Source of the DNA: Glycera tridactyla
Lineage: Eukaryota
Reading direction: 5' to 3'
DNA length: 63,856 nucleotides
Assembly: GCA_965644265.1 (NCBI GenBank)
Contig: OZ286465.1
Location: 78,120,145-78,184,000 of the forward strand
The notes under the pieces were generated by a model. It made no database searches. It worked only from the letters and a program-made list of their open reading frames with translations, and was not told where the DNA came from. Position numbers and translations under genes: made by a program. Below, piece after piece: positions 26,463 through 39,564 of this stretch. Each line of letters starts with the position of its first letter. Position 1 is the first letter of the stretch.

Positions 26463-26775
26463 AACCCCATAGATGAGATGGAGTTGGTGTGTGGTTATTT
26501 CTGTAGAAGACCTGCTGTCAAATTTTACGTAGATTTCTCTCAGAAGTGGCCCATAGGGAGATGGACATTTAGCATACGCAACTGTGGTGAGTGAATACCC
26601 CCATGATGTCACACAGCTGTGGTGAGTGAGCACCCACTCCATAATGTCACACACCTGTAGTGAGTGAGAACCCTCTTCATGATGTCACAGGACTGTGGTG
26701 AGTGAGTACCCGTCCATGATGTCACAGGACTGTGGTGAGTGAGTACCCCCATGATGTCACACGGCTGGTGAGTGT
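26463..26775 (+). repeat. Dispersed repeat: ~120-bp unique flank plus ~35-bp minisatellite (copy 1, ~5 units)
   Basis: Flank accccatag...ggttatttctgta...gggagatggacatt is homologous to 48263-48380. Unit ctgtggtgagtgagtacccccatgatgtcacacaa. Confidence 0.85.
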
Positions 26776-28907
26776 ATTTATGCAGATGTCTCAGTATTTC
26801 TTGCACGTTGAGGATCGGGTCACTCTGGTTGCGTGGATCGATCTAGATGTAATTTAGCCCGTGAAATGGACGATAGTAATGTCTAGATTGAATGGGAATT
26901 CAACCGCCTCAATCGTTTCATATGAATCAAAACCATGTCCCTGATTCTCATCAACATTATTCAGATGCCTGTGCCAGGGAGTACTCTGCCCCCGCAAACG
27001 CCTTAAATAAACTAGTAGCAGATGAGGGGAAAGTGATTGCATTGTCATCCGTGGATGTGCTCGCAGTGGCTTCAGTTGACCCAGTGATTCTTTTACTCTT
27101 TCTAGACTTTTTGGCCGTAGTTACTTGCCTTCTAGATTTTACACTTTCCGTGGCATCCTCACGTTGCCTCTCGTCGTCCTTGCCTGGTAAATCCATAATG
27201 CGAGGCAGTAGTGCCCAGCTGTTTGGTACGGACGTGGTGCAGGCTGGCAAAAACCCCCGAGCAGCACAGACATGTGTGATCAATGGTATGTTTGGATCAC
27301 AAGTAAGGGGTAATCCCAAAATCGTCATGCTGTTCACCCCTCATTATGTATGCAGAAAATGCGCCAGCACATTGTTTTATTGGTCTCCGGCTTCGCGCCT
27401 TTCAATGACCCGCATCTTTTGGGCGAGAAAGCCCGCCTTGTCAATGCTTTTGCACCGGTTGTTATGACTGCGTTTTTGCACGTCTGGTGCGGCTTTTTTC
27501 TGACTTTGTGGGCCATCCGGTCTCTAGCGGCCGGTCCCATTAGACAGGCCCGGAGATACCACAAGGAATTTCCCACGGAATGTCGCCTCAATGCAGCTCT
27601 CAGTCCACAATGACGGCTTGTATCAGCCGCTGCCATTGTCTGGAGAATGAAGGGAGGAAAGGGAAAGGAGCTAGGGTAACTGCAACAGTTTACCCTCTCC
27701 ATTTCAGATGTACCATAGGCCTCTCCCTGCACACTCTTTAGATTTCCGAGCGAGAGGAGTATTTCTCCACCCAGTGGAAAAAGGGGGCACATATTGTCTG
27801 GGGCCAAGTTGGTCCTCCAGGTATGTGTCAAGGAAAAGATTCCTGTCCTATCAAGAGACAGGTCCCTGGCAGCTTTTAACGGGCTGGAAGGGCATCCACC
27901 ATTCAGGTGGTGGAGCACGTGCTATACAGTGGCGCATCACCGCCCCCCCCCCCCAAGTGAGGAGCGAGGAGAGGGAGATGCGTTCTGCATGTGACCGAAG
28001 CACGAACTGGAGCATGTGACCGGTAAACGCACATACATCCTTTGTGCCTGAGGGGTGACTACCGGAAACGGAGGCATCTGATGTCTAGATTGAGTGGGAA
28101 TCCCAAAGTGAAAATAGTACCGTCTCTGAGGGAAAAATTGTCAGCGACCTGTCCTCCATTGAACATTGACCGATCCACTCATAGACTCGTATGCTCAATT
28201 ACTTTTAAGTAATTTGGGGAGGAAAGTTCAAGCAGTATGTGGATAATCGTATGAGTAGATTAAGCATATAATTGAGAAATTCAATTTTCCTTAATCATAA
28301 ACATGTAGACGACATTTCCTCGTATGTGTGACGTCATTGGGATCATCATGACCCTGTCAAAAAATGGGGGACACTACCCATCACGAGTGGTGTTTTCCAG
28401 GAGTATTACCAATACATTGACGAAATATTCATGGAATGGCCCCTGACTAGATCTTTACAAATAATTATTCATATACTTACTCAAATCTCCAGGAGTTACT
28501 TGAATAGTATTCAGTGCAAATTCCCATCCCATGTGGTGAAACACTCACCATATTTAGCCACTCCAAACATCGGACACTTGTCAGAGAAACCCATGAAAGG
28601 GATCTCAAAGGGAATTTGAAAATAGGAGGGACAACTAAGGGCAACCCTCTGTACCTAGACCAAAATTTGAACATTTCATCACATTTTGTGATCAATTTGT
28701 TAGGATGGAGGCATCCTGAATAGGCACTGATGAGTATCTCATTGATGAAACTCGGAATCATCACTATAAGCATCTAGCAATGCAATATGTAGTGTGTATG
28801 AGGTCTGAAACAAGCCAGAGGGCCCTGTTACCAGTTGATACCAACATTGAATAGTAGTCCCTAATATTGACACCAGGTGCCTCCACCAGGCACTAGCGCC
28901 ATCTAGC

Positions 28908-29080
28908 TGACGTATCCAACATGACGTTGACGTGACGTGACGTTGACGATGACGTCATGCATTTTTAGTAGTGTCCAGAACCGTCATTCTGAGTCTGCCT
29001 AGCAAGTTGGTCAGACTCGCTTGCCAAGTCTACACCATATATATATATAGTTGTTTCTTTTCGGGCCTGGCGTGACGTCA
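28908..29080. promoter_or_regulatory. Cluster of TGACG/CRE-type motifs
   Basis: TGACG at 28908, 28922, 28928, 28933, 28938, 28944 and 28950. Full TGACGTCA at 28950 and 29073. Function not shown. Confidence 0.3.
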
Positions 29081-29566
29081 CCACAGATTAGGTAGAGGTG
29101 TGTCTGAACTGTCAGCTACTTCGTCAGACACTTGACAACCTTTCAGCTATTCAGGTTCCCCATCATCCTGTGTTCAGGCTTTGTGAGAGTGATGTCTCCA
29201 GGAGAGAGAACATCTAGCTTGCATTAACCAAGAACACACGGCATACATAACCCTAGGGTTGATACATGCCGTTAAACCTCGAACAAAACACAAAATATGT
29301 TTATAAAATTTTCGTATTTAGATAGTACTAGTGGTGTTTCCTGCAAGCTACCTTCATTCTGGCGATGGCGGTTATTTGATTGATGCTCTGGATCATACAA
29401 GACCTGGAGAATGATGACAATGTCTGCGACAGAGGCGTATGGTTGTTTACTTGTTTATTATTCGTCTTCACTGTCCTAGTAGAATATATCATACAGGCAT
29501 GTCAGTGATATTATTTGCTGCCTCCACTCAGTTGAAATAAACACAGAAAAAAACTAGAAACATGAT

Positions 29567-29700
29567 ACAGTCAAACCTGCTATAACGGGTGCCTGTATTC
29601 AGCGGCCACCTGTCCTAAATGGCCACTTCCCATCCCCCAACATATTTTCCTATATATTTCACCTGTATTAAACGGCCACCTGCATTAAGCGGCCAGCTGA
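29567..29700 (+). mobile_element. One end of a Tc1/mariner(pogo)-like MITE
   Basis: ta|cagtcaaacctg start with repeated (t/c)agcggccacctg / aacggccacctg subterminal motifs. No matching opposite end found. Confidence 0.45.
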
Positions 29701-30256
29701 TATGAAGGCAAGATGGAATGATTAAGTCTCAATTCTCTTCATGAGCCTAACACGGGATCTCATAAGGCCCCAACCATGTGAGTATGAGGGGACTATTTTG
29801 TGTGAGTATTGACACTATCTGATGAAGCCGAGTGGTTTGGCGATCGGTCAGTGGATTGAATTGCTATAATTGCCCATTTAAATATGTCCAAGATGAACTT
29901 CAAACCAGATACAGGTACCACAAAAGATCATCTTACATCGATAAAATGCTGACAGCACCTGTATGGTGGCAAATTCGTCAAGAACGAATCGATACAAGGT
30001 CGCAAGGTAGCACGTTACACAAGAATCATTTTGGACCCCACCTAATACATAGATGCATGCACAGCAAACAGTCCCATCCCTATACATTTTTCACTTTTAT
30101 GGATAAATTGTTCAGGCGAATATGTAGGATAGGGGAAGGGCATATTTTGATGAAAAACTGAGTCATATGTTTCATGACTTGTGCGCCACAATACGGGGAC
30201 GTGAAGAGACGCGCCTTGCCCAGCGAGTCCCGATCTGGCCAATGCTGATCGGTCCG

Positions 30257-30353
30257 CTCTCTCCCTCCCCTATATCTCTCTCTCCCTCTCTCTCTATCCC
30301 TCTTTATCCCCCCCTCTCTCTCCCTCCCCCTGCCTCTCCTATCTGTCTCCCTC

Positions 30354-30384
<31 letters not shown>

Positions 30385-30440
30385 CTATCTCTGTCTCTCT
30401 ATCTACCTCTCTCTATCTACCTCTCTCTATCTGTCTCTCT
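30257..30440. repeat. CT/CTGT-rich simple repeat
   Basis: Direct reading. Confidence 0.9.
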
Positions 30441-31134
30441 CCAGAAACGAATATGAAACGTAACGAAACGAATCTGACCCAAGTCCGGCGCCAGTCACAG
30501 CTGGGCAGGTAGCCTTTTCGGGAAGCTTGTTAACTGTATGAAACACTGCTGCCGTCATCACTGGGGCGTTAGTCACAAGAGATTGTTCAACTGTGCGTAG
30601 TATGAATATGGACGCGCGATAATGGAATTTGATCTTGGTCGAAAATATGTATGTGAGTGAGGGCATATTGTTGCATGTGACCCAGGGACGGACAATTGTA
30701 TCTTGTTAACCTATTCGTATTGATCCGCCTCCCTTAATCAAAGTCAATTGCCAGACTGACAGCTGCAAATACTGTCTATGTCACTGAATGCCCCCCCCCC
30801 CCCCCCCGATGCACCCAATCCAGATATTTCTTCTGGACGTCTAATCACTGTCATTTCACCCATACAAGGTCGCAAGGTAGCTAGGACACCAGCGGGACTA
30901 TATCGCGACGCCAATCCGGTGGGTGTGGATGGGATCATCCTAGCTTTCTCCTCCAGGGTCTCCTTTCAGAGGTGAAATGATATGGAAATCAGACACTCGA
31001 ACATGCTACTTATGCCACATAGCAAAACATGAAAAAATGCGATGCAAAAAGGATAATTTTAACAGCAGGATTGTCATGTGGTGTAAGCTGACACTACTCT
31101 CCAATCTGATGCACACTCCTACTATACTCTGTCG

Positions 31135-31645
31135 AGTCAAGTCCAAATGTGGCAGGTACGTTTCAGGCACTAACTTCACCATTTCTTGTTCGATTTCAGT
31201 TTCAATGGCAAGAATGAATTGTATAGCTCTTCCGGCGATCATCGGATATGGGTCCGACTAGAAGAGGATCACACCATCATCTCATTGCATTTATACGGCG
31301 AATCCGCCGGCATTATCGTCTGGTCTCCCATGTGAAACAACGGAGATACAGCCGCTGCCTGCCTCAAAACTAGCGTGAAATCGACAAATTAGGCGCTTCG
31401 GGTGAAATATACAAGGGAAATTCGCCGAGATTACATTTAGGGTCGCCGGAAATGTCAACAATGACTATGCGTGAGTCTCATTTCAATCTGGTGCGAATTC
31501 GAGATGTTAGAGGTTCCCTTGTACATTTCACCTCAGAACGCCAAATATGTCGATTTCACGCTGGCGGCCGTATCTCCATTGGTTCCACATAGGAACTGGC
31601 GGATTCGTCGTAAAAATGCAATGAAATGATGGCGTAATCCTCTAA
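31135..31645 (+). mobile_element. Foldback/MITE-like repeat with long imperfect inverted arms (31263-31420 vs 31514-31642)
   Basis: The arms are reverse complements (e.g. gggtgaaatatacaagggaa / ttcccttgtacatttcacc). A related diverged copy lies at 49660-50070. Confidence 0.7.
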
Positions 31646-34050
31646 GGAAGCATACAGATCACCCAAGACCAGGTTTGATGAATGCCGGAAGACCTGTACA
31701 ATCCGTTCGTGCCATCAAGAGTCAAATCAGACGAAAATTGACGAATTTAGTGTGTGAAAAGTACCCGTCACATTTGGATTTGACAGAGTTTACCATTATA
31801 GTAGTGGCACACGTCACACACCCCACCCCTTCTCATTGCTGTGTCTGCTTTTCAAAACGTGACCACCCAGCTGTTGGTTTGCCATTGACTCGAACTACTA
31901 AACTTCAGCAAGTGCAAGTAAGTAAGCCAATGGCATTGCCCATGTCTATTGTACTAGAATTACAATATATCCATATTAATTATCTGGATTCATACATTGA
32001 TACTAAATATGTTTACCACCAAACTAGGGGGAGAACCTCTCGACCTGATGTACAAGGCCGATGATGGAGACTTTTATCTTTAAAGAGTTCAAATATCTGC
32101 AAACGATGATGAATCACATGATAATTTAAAGAGATCTATGTGATACGACGATGGCGTGATTTATAGAAATATCCAATCACTTAGGAATTATATCTTGCAA
32201 TGTGTTATGACAACATCCACACTGGAGCAGAGGGTACTATACAAAAAGACTGCTCTTAGAGAAGAAATTTAGCGTGGGAATCGGATAGGACTGGACCCAT
32301 GAAGATTAGTGTTCAGCAGGGTCAGAGGAAGGTTGCTGAAAAAGAGGAGAGTAGCTTTGGAAACTTTCCCTGCTATTTCACCTCCAAAAGCAAAGAAGGT
32401 CCCTTTAGGTTGGAGGAGTAGGATGAGAAACACGAAAGTTTCTGCTACTGTTTATGTAGCTCCATCAGATGATGAACAGGTAGCACAGAATGATGTAGCT
32501 CTGGAGGTGTTACATGATGTAGCACAGGTCCTTGTAGCTCCTGTAGATGTACCACATAGGGTTCAAGGAGATGATCAGCTCTTGAGTCAGAAGCAAGAGA
32601 TCAGAAATTCAGTCAGTAAAAGGAAGAATCCAGGGCCACAAAAGCTGATGCTACTGCTCAAAACGTGAGGAGAATGAATGCGAACTTTCAGACGTTTTGC
32701 CACTGGAATCCTCCCTACATATCTTATCAGCCCGATCCTACTCATCTTGATCCATGGGGAATAGGACCAAATGTAGGAGATGTTTCATTCGACGCAGAGC
32801 ATGGATCTCAAGAGATAGAGATATTCTAGTAACTAATCATCATGACTAATGTTTTCAATGTCGTGTAGATGTTTTCAATGTCGTGTAGAATCTCGGAATC
32901 AACATTCAACATAACTTTAGAATTGATACTAGCAATCGAATACGGGCTACTGGTGAGTTAGTTCCAACCCCTTAATTGTAAAAATATATTGCAGGCCACT
33001 AACCTCTCCCTCTCATCTAACTGGAAGTTGTGATAATCAAAGTCCCTGATTTCACTCTCCCCAGCTGACCAGTGATCTGAGATGTGAGGTAATAACTGCA
33101 TACCAACATCACAGGGGTCCTGTCTGGAGGATTGGCAGGGGCGGTCTAACTGCCATCACCCTGCATACGATTACTCACAGCACTCCAGAAAAGTTGCTAA
33201 TTTCAAACCAAAATTTTCCTAGTTCACTGTTGTGCAACTATACCCATATTCTGCATAATGGTGACTGGTTTTCCAATTGCTACGTATGGAAGCTGGGAAG
33301 AGCCCATGAGTGATGGATCGATATGAAAAATGACATATAAAGTATCACCCCTATTGGTTACCATTAGTAGTACGGAGGCTTCGTTGACTGAACTAGAATC
33401 ATCTGTCCCTCTGCGCATGCCAGGACCCCTACAGGAGGTAGTGAGGAAAGCCTGTTTTGGATAGATTTCCTACATACTGGTAATAGCTTGAATTGTTCAG
33501 TAACTGCTTGAGATTACCTGTTTGCCTGGCCGTTCTAGATGAGAGATGAAGATACAAGCCAGTCACGGCATGACAACATCAAAATTATCCACCTGCTCGG
33601 TGGTCAGATACATTTTCAGATCTACCTGCCCCCATCAAAATTCAGCATGCCTCCATTATGTATTCAGTGCATTTATTATCATTTTCTACCTAGGTTTAAA
33701 AATCAACCTGCCCACCTTGGAAGTCTACCTGCAAGGGGCAGGTGAGAGACCATCTCATTGCACCCTGAACCTGCGTCTGACATGCCATGATTTCGATATT
33801 GAGATAGCAAGAGAAAGAAAAAGAGGGTTCCGGTTCCTGCTGTGGTCAGTAGGAGTAACAGATTATCTGCCCAGCAATTATTTCCTGGATTTCTCTGATT
33901 TTACTACTCATACTTAGGAACTATCATCATCAGGGGATGATATAAACACCCCTAATTGTATCTGTGGACATTATGTGATTTCTCCGGCCAGGATTACTGA
34001 GGATGGACAGGGATTTTATGGTGGTGGTGTAGGGTTTCTATGCCATCAAC

Positions 34051-35049
34051 ATGGCCGCTAGCCAGCAGGATACTGCTGGTACCATAAAACCAGTATATAT
34101 TAAAAGTGCGCTGATTCCCTTTGGAGATAAGCCTGTGACTGTGCCTGAACTTTGCAGAAGTGTTGAAGCTGTGTGTGGAAAAAACTCAGTAGATGGTGCC
34201 CAACTATTCGGGGGTGTGTGGAGACTTTATACCACGAGTGAGGATATTTGGGTCAATCTCTTACTAAATGGGTTTGACATCCGTGGTGTCCATGTCAGCC
34301 CAACAGACAGTAACCCTTTCACCATAAGAGGGCCTAATGGGCAAGAAGTACCAACCACTAAGTTGGCGGTCAGTGACATTCCCTTCAATGTATCGGACAA
34401 TGAAATTTGCAATGCCTTGGCCAAACTGGGCATCAAGTTTACTAGTTCATTGAAGTTTGAATATAGCCGCGATGAGAGTGGACAATTGACCCGTTGGAAG
34501 ACAGGCAGGAGATTTGAATGGATAGCTGTTCCAGCCACCCCTTTACGGAGGAACATCAGGGTTGGCTTCTACCTGGCCAGACTCTTCCACAAAGAACAAT
34601 GGGCGATGGATAGAAAAGCTGACAAATGCTGCAGTAGGTGCCTTAACTTAGGTCACTATGTGCGGGAGTGTACAAATTAGATTCGGTGCCGAACGTGTCA
34701 GGAAGGTCATAAGATGGGTGACCCCAGGTGCAGCCTCGTTACACCAGGCCAGGAGGGGCCTCATGAGGTGAGGGGGGCAGCCATGCCAGCACCGAATGTG
34801 GAAGTACAGGAGGAGAAGGAGGTTGGAGAGCAGGGAGAGGAGGAAGTGAAGGAGGCTGGAGATAGGGAAGTTGAGGAGCTAGCCGGGCATCAAGGCCCTG
34901 ATGACCAGGCCACGAGCGATGCCTCCAGCATGGAGACCAGCAGCAGCAATGGTGCCAGTCAGATGAAACGACCCCCTGCATCACCGGCACAAAGTGAACC
35001 AAAGAAGGTGCATGAGGAGAATGAGGGTGGCTCTGGGGAGAATACCTAA
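34051..35049 (+). pseudogene. Tx1/L1 ORF1 with two Cys/His zinc knuckles, one premature stop
   Basis: CSRCLNLGHYVREC, then TAG at 34678, then in-frame CRTCQEGHKMGDPRC and an acidic tail. TGRRF motif present. Confidence 0.85.
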
Positions 35050-35170
35050 CCCTTGTTCATCTCCATGCTGACCTTGAACTGACCTGGACTGTCCCCCACT
35101 ATGAATACTGAATATTGGTCAATGGATTTGTTTCACAGGGATATTTAATTTTCTCTTGCTATATCATCCT

Positions 35171-38100
35171 ATGGCTCACAATCTGAAACTTCTCAGCTTC
35201 AATTGCCGTGGTTTGAATAACGCTACAAAAAGACGAGCTCTTTTTTCTATCTCAGAAAGTTCAAATATGACATTATCTGTTTACAAGAAACACATATAAA
35301 TGAAAACAATTGTGACATTTGGGAGAAACAATGGGCAGGGCCCATGGTTTACAGTCTTGGCTCATCAAGTAGCCAAGGACTTGTTATTCTGTTTTCAAAA
35401 CAATTCTCTGATGAGGATATTCATGTGTGTGATGTGTCAGAGAGAACTATATGTGTTACACTGAAATTAGATGATGATCTTGTTGGTGTGTGCAATGTTT
35501 ATGGTCCTAACAATGACTCCGAAAAGAGACATTTCTTTCAGACTCTCAATGAAATTGTTGTTGATAACTTTCACTCTCTAGATATATTCTGCATTACTGG
35601 AGATTTCAACACTGTTTTGAACAATGATTCAGACATAATCTCAGGTAACATACATAACCCATCAACTGTGACTGCCTTCCAGAATTTGATTTATCAGCTG
35701 AATGTATTTGATGTGTGGAGATCACTCCATCCATATTCGAAGGAATCCACATGGAGCAGATCTAACCCCTTCACTGCTCGCAGACTTGACTATATGTTAT
35801 GTACTGAATCAGTTTCCCTGATATCTAACAATTGTGATAATGTGTCTATTCCTCAGTCTGATCATAAGGGTGTTGAGTTGGTGTTACAACTAGGCAATGT
35901 TGAAAGAGGTCCATACAGATGGATATATAGTGAATCACTTCTGACCATCCCAGCCTACACTCAAATCCATGACACAATTGATAAGGTGATAGACCAGAAT
36001 AATTTGATGAATTCTCAACAACTATGGGATTTTTGTAAGATTAAGATAAAAGAAGAGACCATTGCATTTTGCAGAGGTAAAGGTAAGATATCTGAGAGAA
36101 CCTTGGCTGATGTGAAAGTTGACCTTGAGAGAATGGAAAAACTCCTTTCTGATTCACCAAAGGATACAACAATCTTGGCAAAATGTATTGAATTGAAGAG
36201 GGAGCTGGAACTGTGTTCTGCTCACTTGGCCAAAGGAGCTCAAATCCGGGCTAGAATGAAGTGGGTGGAAGATGGTGAGAAAAGTACCAAATATTTCTTC
36301 TCACTGGAGAAGGCCAGGGGGAAAAAAAAGATCATCAACTCATTATTAACAGATGATGGTCAGGTACTTACTGATCAAATGGACATAATGAATTACCAGG
36401 TTGACTATTATAAAGAGTTGTATTCAAAAAAAATTGATCTCAACTCCAGAGATGAACAATTGCAAAAGGTGTTGAACCACATAAAACTTCCAAAATTGGG
36501 AGATACTCAACAAATGTTATGTGAAGGTTTGATTTCAGCTGCAAAAGCAGGTGATTCTCTGAAGAGGATGAAGAATAACTCCTCACCTGGGTCAGATGGA
36601 CTCACTGCTGAATTTTACAAAGCTTTTTGGGAGAAAATCAGCCCTTTAGTAGGCAATTCCCTGAATGAGGCCTTCAATGCTGGTGCCATGTCAGTCTCAC
36701 AAAGGAGAGGCATAATCACTCTTATTCACAAAGATCAGAAGTTGCCAAGAGACCAGCTTAATAATTGGAGACCCATCACATTAACAAATGTTGACTATAA
36801 AATACTTGCGAAGTGCCTGGCAAGACGTCTCCAAATAGACTTGAAATCCATTGTATGTGAGGATCAGGTTGGTTATGTTAGAGGGAGAAACATTTTCACA
36901 ATAGTTCGGATGATTGATGATGTAATTGAATACATAAGATACAGAAATGACAGTGGAATTATTCTTGCATTGGATTATACGAAAGCATCTGACTCAGTGA
37001 ATAAACAGTTTCTGTGTGAAGCATTAGAAACTTTTGGCCTTGGCCCAGACTTCATTCAATGGGTCAAGACTCTGACAAATGACACGGAGAGTTGCATACA
37101 ATACTATGGCTGGATGAGTTGTTTCTTCCCATCAGATTGTGGTGTAAGACAGGGTTGCCCTCTCTCACCTCTCTTGTTTATTGTTGCTTTTGAAATTCTT
37201 GCTATACTTATAAGACAAAATGATGATATTATTGGGATCAAACTCCCGGGTGAATCACATGTATCCAGAGAATTGCGTATCGCCCAGTATGCTGATGATA
37301 CAACACTTTTTCTATCAGATGCAGGATCCTGCCATCGAGCATTGTTTTCATTAGATCTATTTTCTGAGGTCTCAGGACTGCACCTGAATAAAACCAAGAC
37401 AAAAGGCATGATTATTGGTAGCAGGGTGAATGAGGATGATTTACCTGATGTTCACTGGATCTCCAAGCATGGACATATCAAAATATTGGAAATATACTTT
37501 TGTTCCTCTCAGCCCGCATCCAGTGTAGATAGAAATTGGAAAGAACGGGTGGAGAAAATGAAGAGGATGATATGTCAGTGGTATAAACGGGATTTGTCAA
37601 TCATGGGTAAAATATTGATCATAAAGACTTTCATATTGTCACAACTAATCTATGTTATGCAAGCTATCTCTATTCCTCGTGATGTCTTGAAGGAAATCAA
37701 TACACATGTATACAGATTCATCAGGAAGAAGAGGTTCTCAAACAAAAAGGCTTTTGAAAAAGTAGCTATGAGGAAGGTGGTTTAAAGATGATTGATACTC
37801 TTGATATGCAACCTAGTTTTGATATTCTGTGGGTCAAAAGATTGTGAGAAAATCCTGAAGCGATATGGGCACAGATTCCCAAATTTTGTTACAGGGCACT
37901 TGGGCCAGATTTTCAAATCCAATTGCTTCCTACAGCAATTCAAAGGTTTGAAGGAAGTGAAACTTTCATTCTGGCAAAATCTGCTCAAGAAATGGCTGTC
38001 ACATAATGTAATATACAAGTTTGATGAAGTTAAGCCTGTCTGTCCTCTTATGGAGAACCTTTGGAACAATAATGATGTGAAATACAAAGGTGCCACTCTT

Positions 38101-38949
38101 TATTTCAAAAACTGGATCCGTAAAGGGATTTTGTGCCTGGCTCACTTGAGTAGGTCAGGCCAGTTCATGTCATTCAATGAGATCTGTGATCTTGTTGGGA
38201 AGAATCTTCAGACATTCTTGCAGTACAATGCCCTGATAAATGTGATTCCGCATGAGTGGAAAACATGGGCCAATATTAATGCCACCAGTGGCAGAGGGCC
38301 ATTATTTTGGGAGGAGGAGATTACCAGGCTCTCCGGACAAGATGTAAGAAAATATATAGTAGGGGTTATATATTCAATCTCTCATGGGGAGCAGTTCTGG
38401 GCCAAAAAATATGAGGGATTCAAATTGACGAGGGATCATTGGCTGCTTGCCCATCAGTGTACTCATGAAACAAGTCTACAGGTGCTTGCCTGGAAAATAC
38501 ACCATAATATCTACCCCACAGCCATACTGTTGTGCAAAATGGGCATCGCTGATTCCAATGAGTGTTCCTTCTGCCCTGGTGAGACCGACTGTATTGAACA
38601 TTTTTTCTTTGATTGTAGAATGAGTAGGAAACTCTGGTTGTATGTTGAGAAAATTATGAATGTGGTGATTGGTAGGAGGATATCTCTTACTGAACAAAAT
38701 GTGCTATTTGGGTTTACATCCCAAGAGATGTCCCTACCTGATATGCGAAATTTTGTGAATATCTGTATGTTAGTGGGAAAAATGTGCATTTCAAAGTTCA
38801 AATATGGCTCTCACATCAATATTGAATACTTGTTTGAATCTAAAATGAGGCTGAGAGTTAAATATGTGCCCCCTCTACATCAAGGTAGCTATCTTGAATG
38901 TTGGGAGTATAATCTCAATCTGATAAGGATTCAAGAGTGGAGGGTCTAA
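35171..38949 (+). pseudogene. Tx1/L1 ORF2 (APE + RT + C-terminal zinc finger), frameshifted
   Basis: MAHNLKLLSFNCRGL...CLQETH (shift ~35245), YGPN, GDFN, RRLDY, SDH, PGSDGL, WRPITLTNVDYKILAK, GVRQGCPLSPLLF, YADD, EEGGL (shift ~37770), CSFCPGETDCIEHFFFDC. Confidence 0.95.
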
Positions 38950-39564
38950 TTGGCAGAGCTGCAGAGGTCCATTTGACCCCTTCATCACACGTCTAGCATC
39001 ATCCTTCCACATGCTGGTCCCAGCTGGAGTGCTTCGTCAACAGACCCTAAATATGCAAAGGACAACTGATCATACTGTATAATACTTATCTGATTATTGT
39101 TTGATTTTCTCTGTTTCACTTTGTCTTGTGTACAATGTACTGATTATCATGTATATATGGCATGCTATGCATGAGGATATAGCACAGCCTACTACACATT
39201 TATGAATGTGTAAGACTAGTCTTCGTGAGAGCAGCAGTGAAAAGGAAATGGTGACAGTGATACTTTATGTTTACCATTGTATGTAAAATGAGGAGATTTG
39301 AGAAGTTGGTGATTATCACCATTCATGGAAGCAGATGAGGTGCTAATTGATGTTTTGCTACTACAGTAGATTGACAGTGGATTGACTGTTTGCAAATCAT
39401 TGTGTATATAATCCTTGTATATATGTACATGCTATGTCAAATAAACAATAATGAAAAAAATTAAAAAAGAAAGAAAAAGAGGGGCAGGGGGGGGTAGGTA
39501 GGTGGGGAAGAGCTAGATTTGAAGGGGATGGTCAATGCAGGCAAACCTGCCTAATGCTACTTTT

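Larger units (their letters stand above)
34051..39479 (+). mobile_element. Near full-length Tx1/L1-clade retrotransposon
   Basis: ORF1 + ORF2 + 3'UTR with aataaa at 39440 and an A-rich tail at 39454-39479. 5' end and TSD not identified. Confidence 0.85.
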
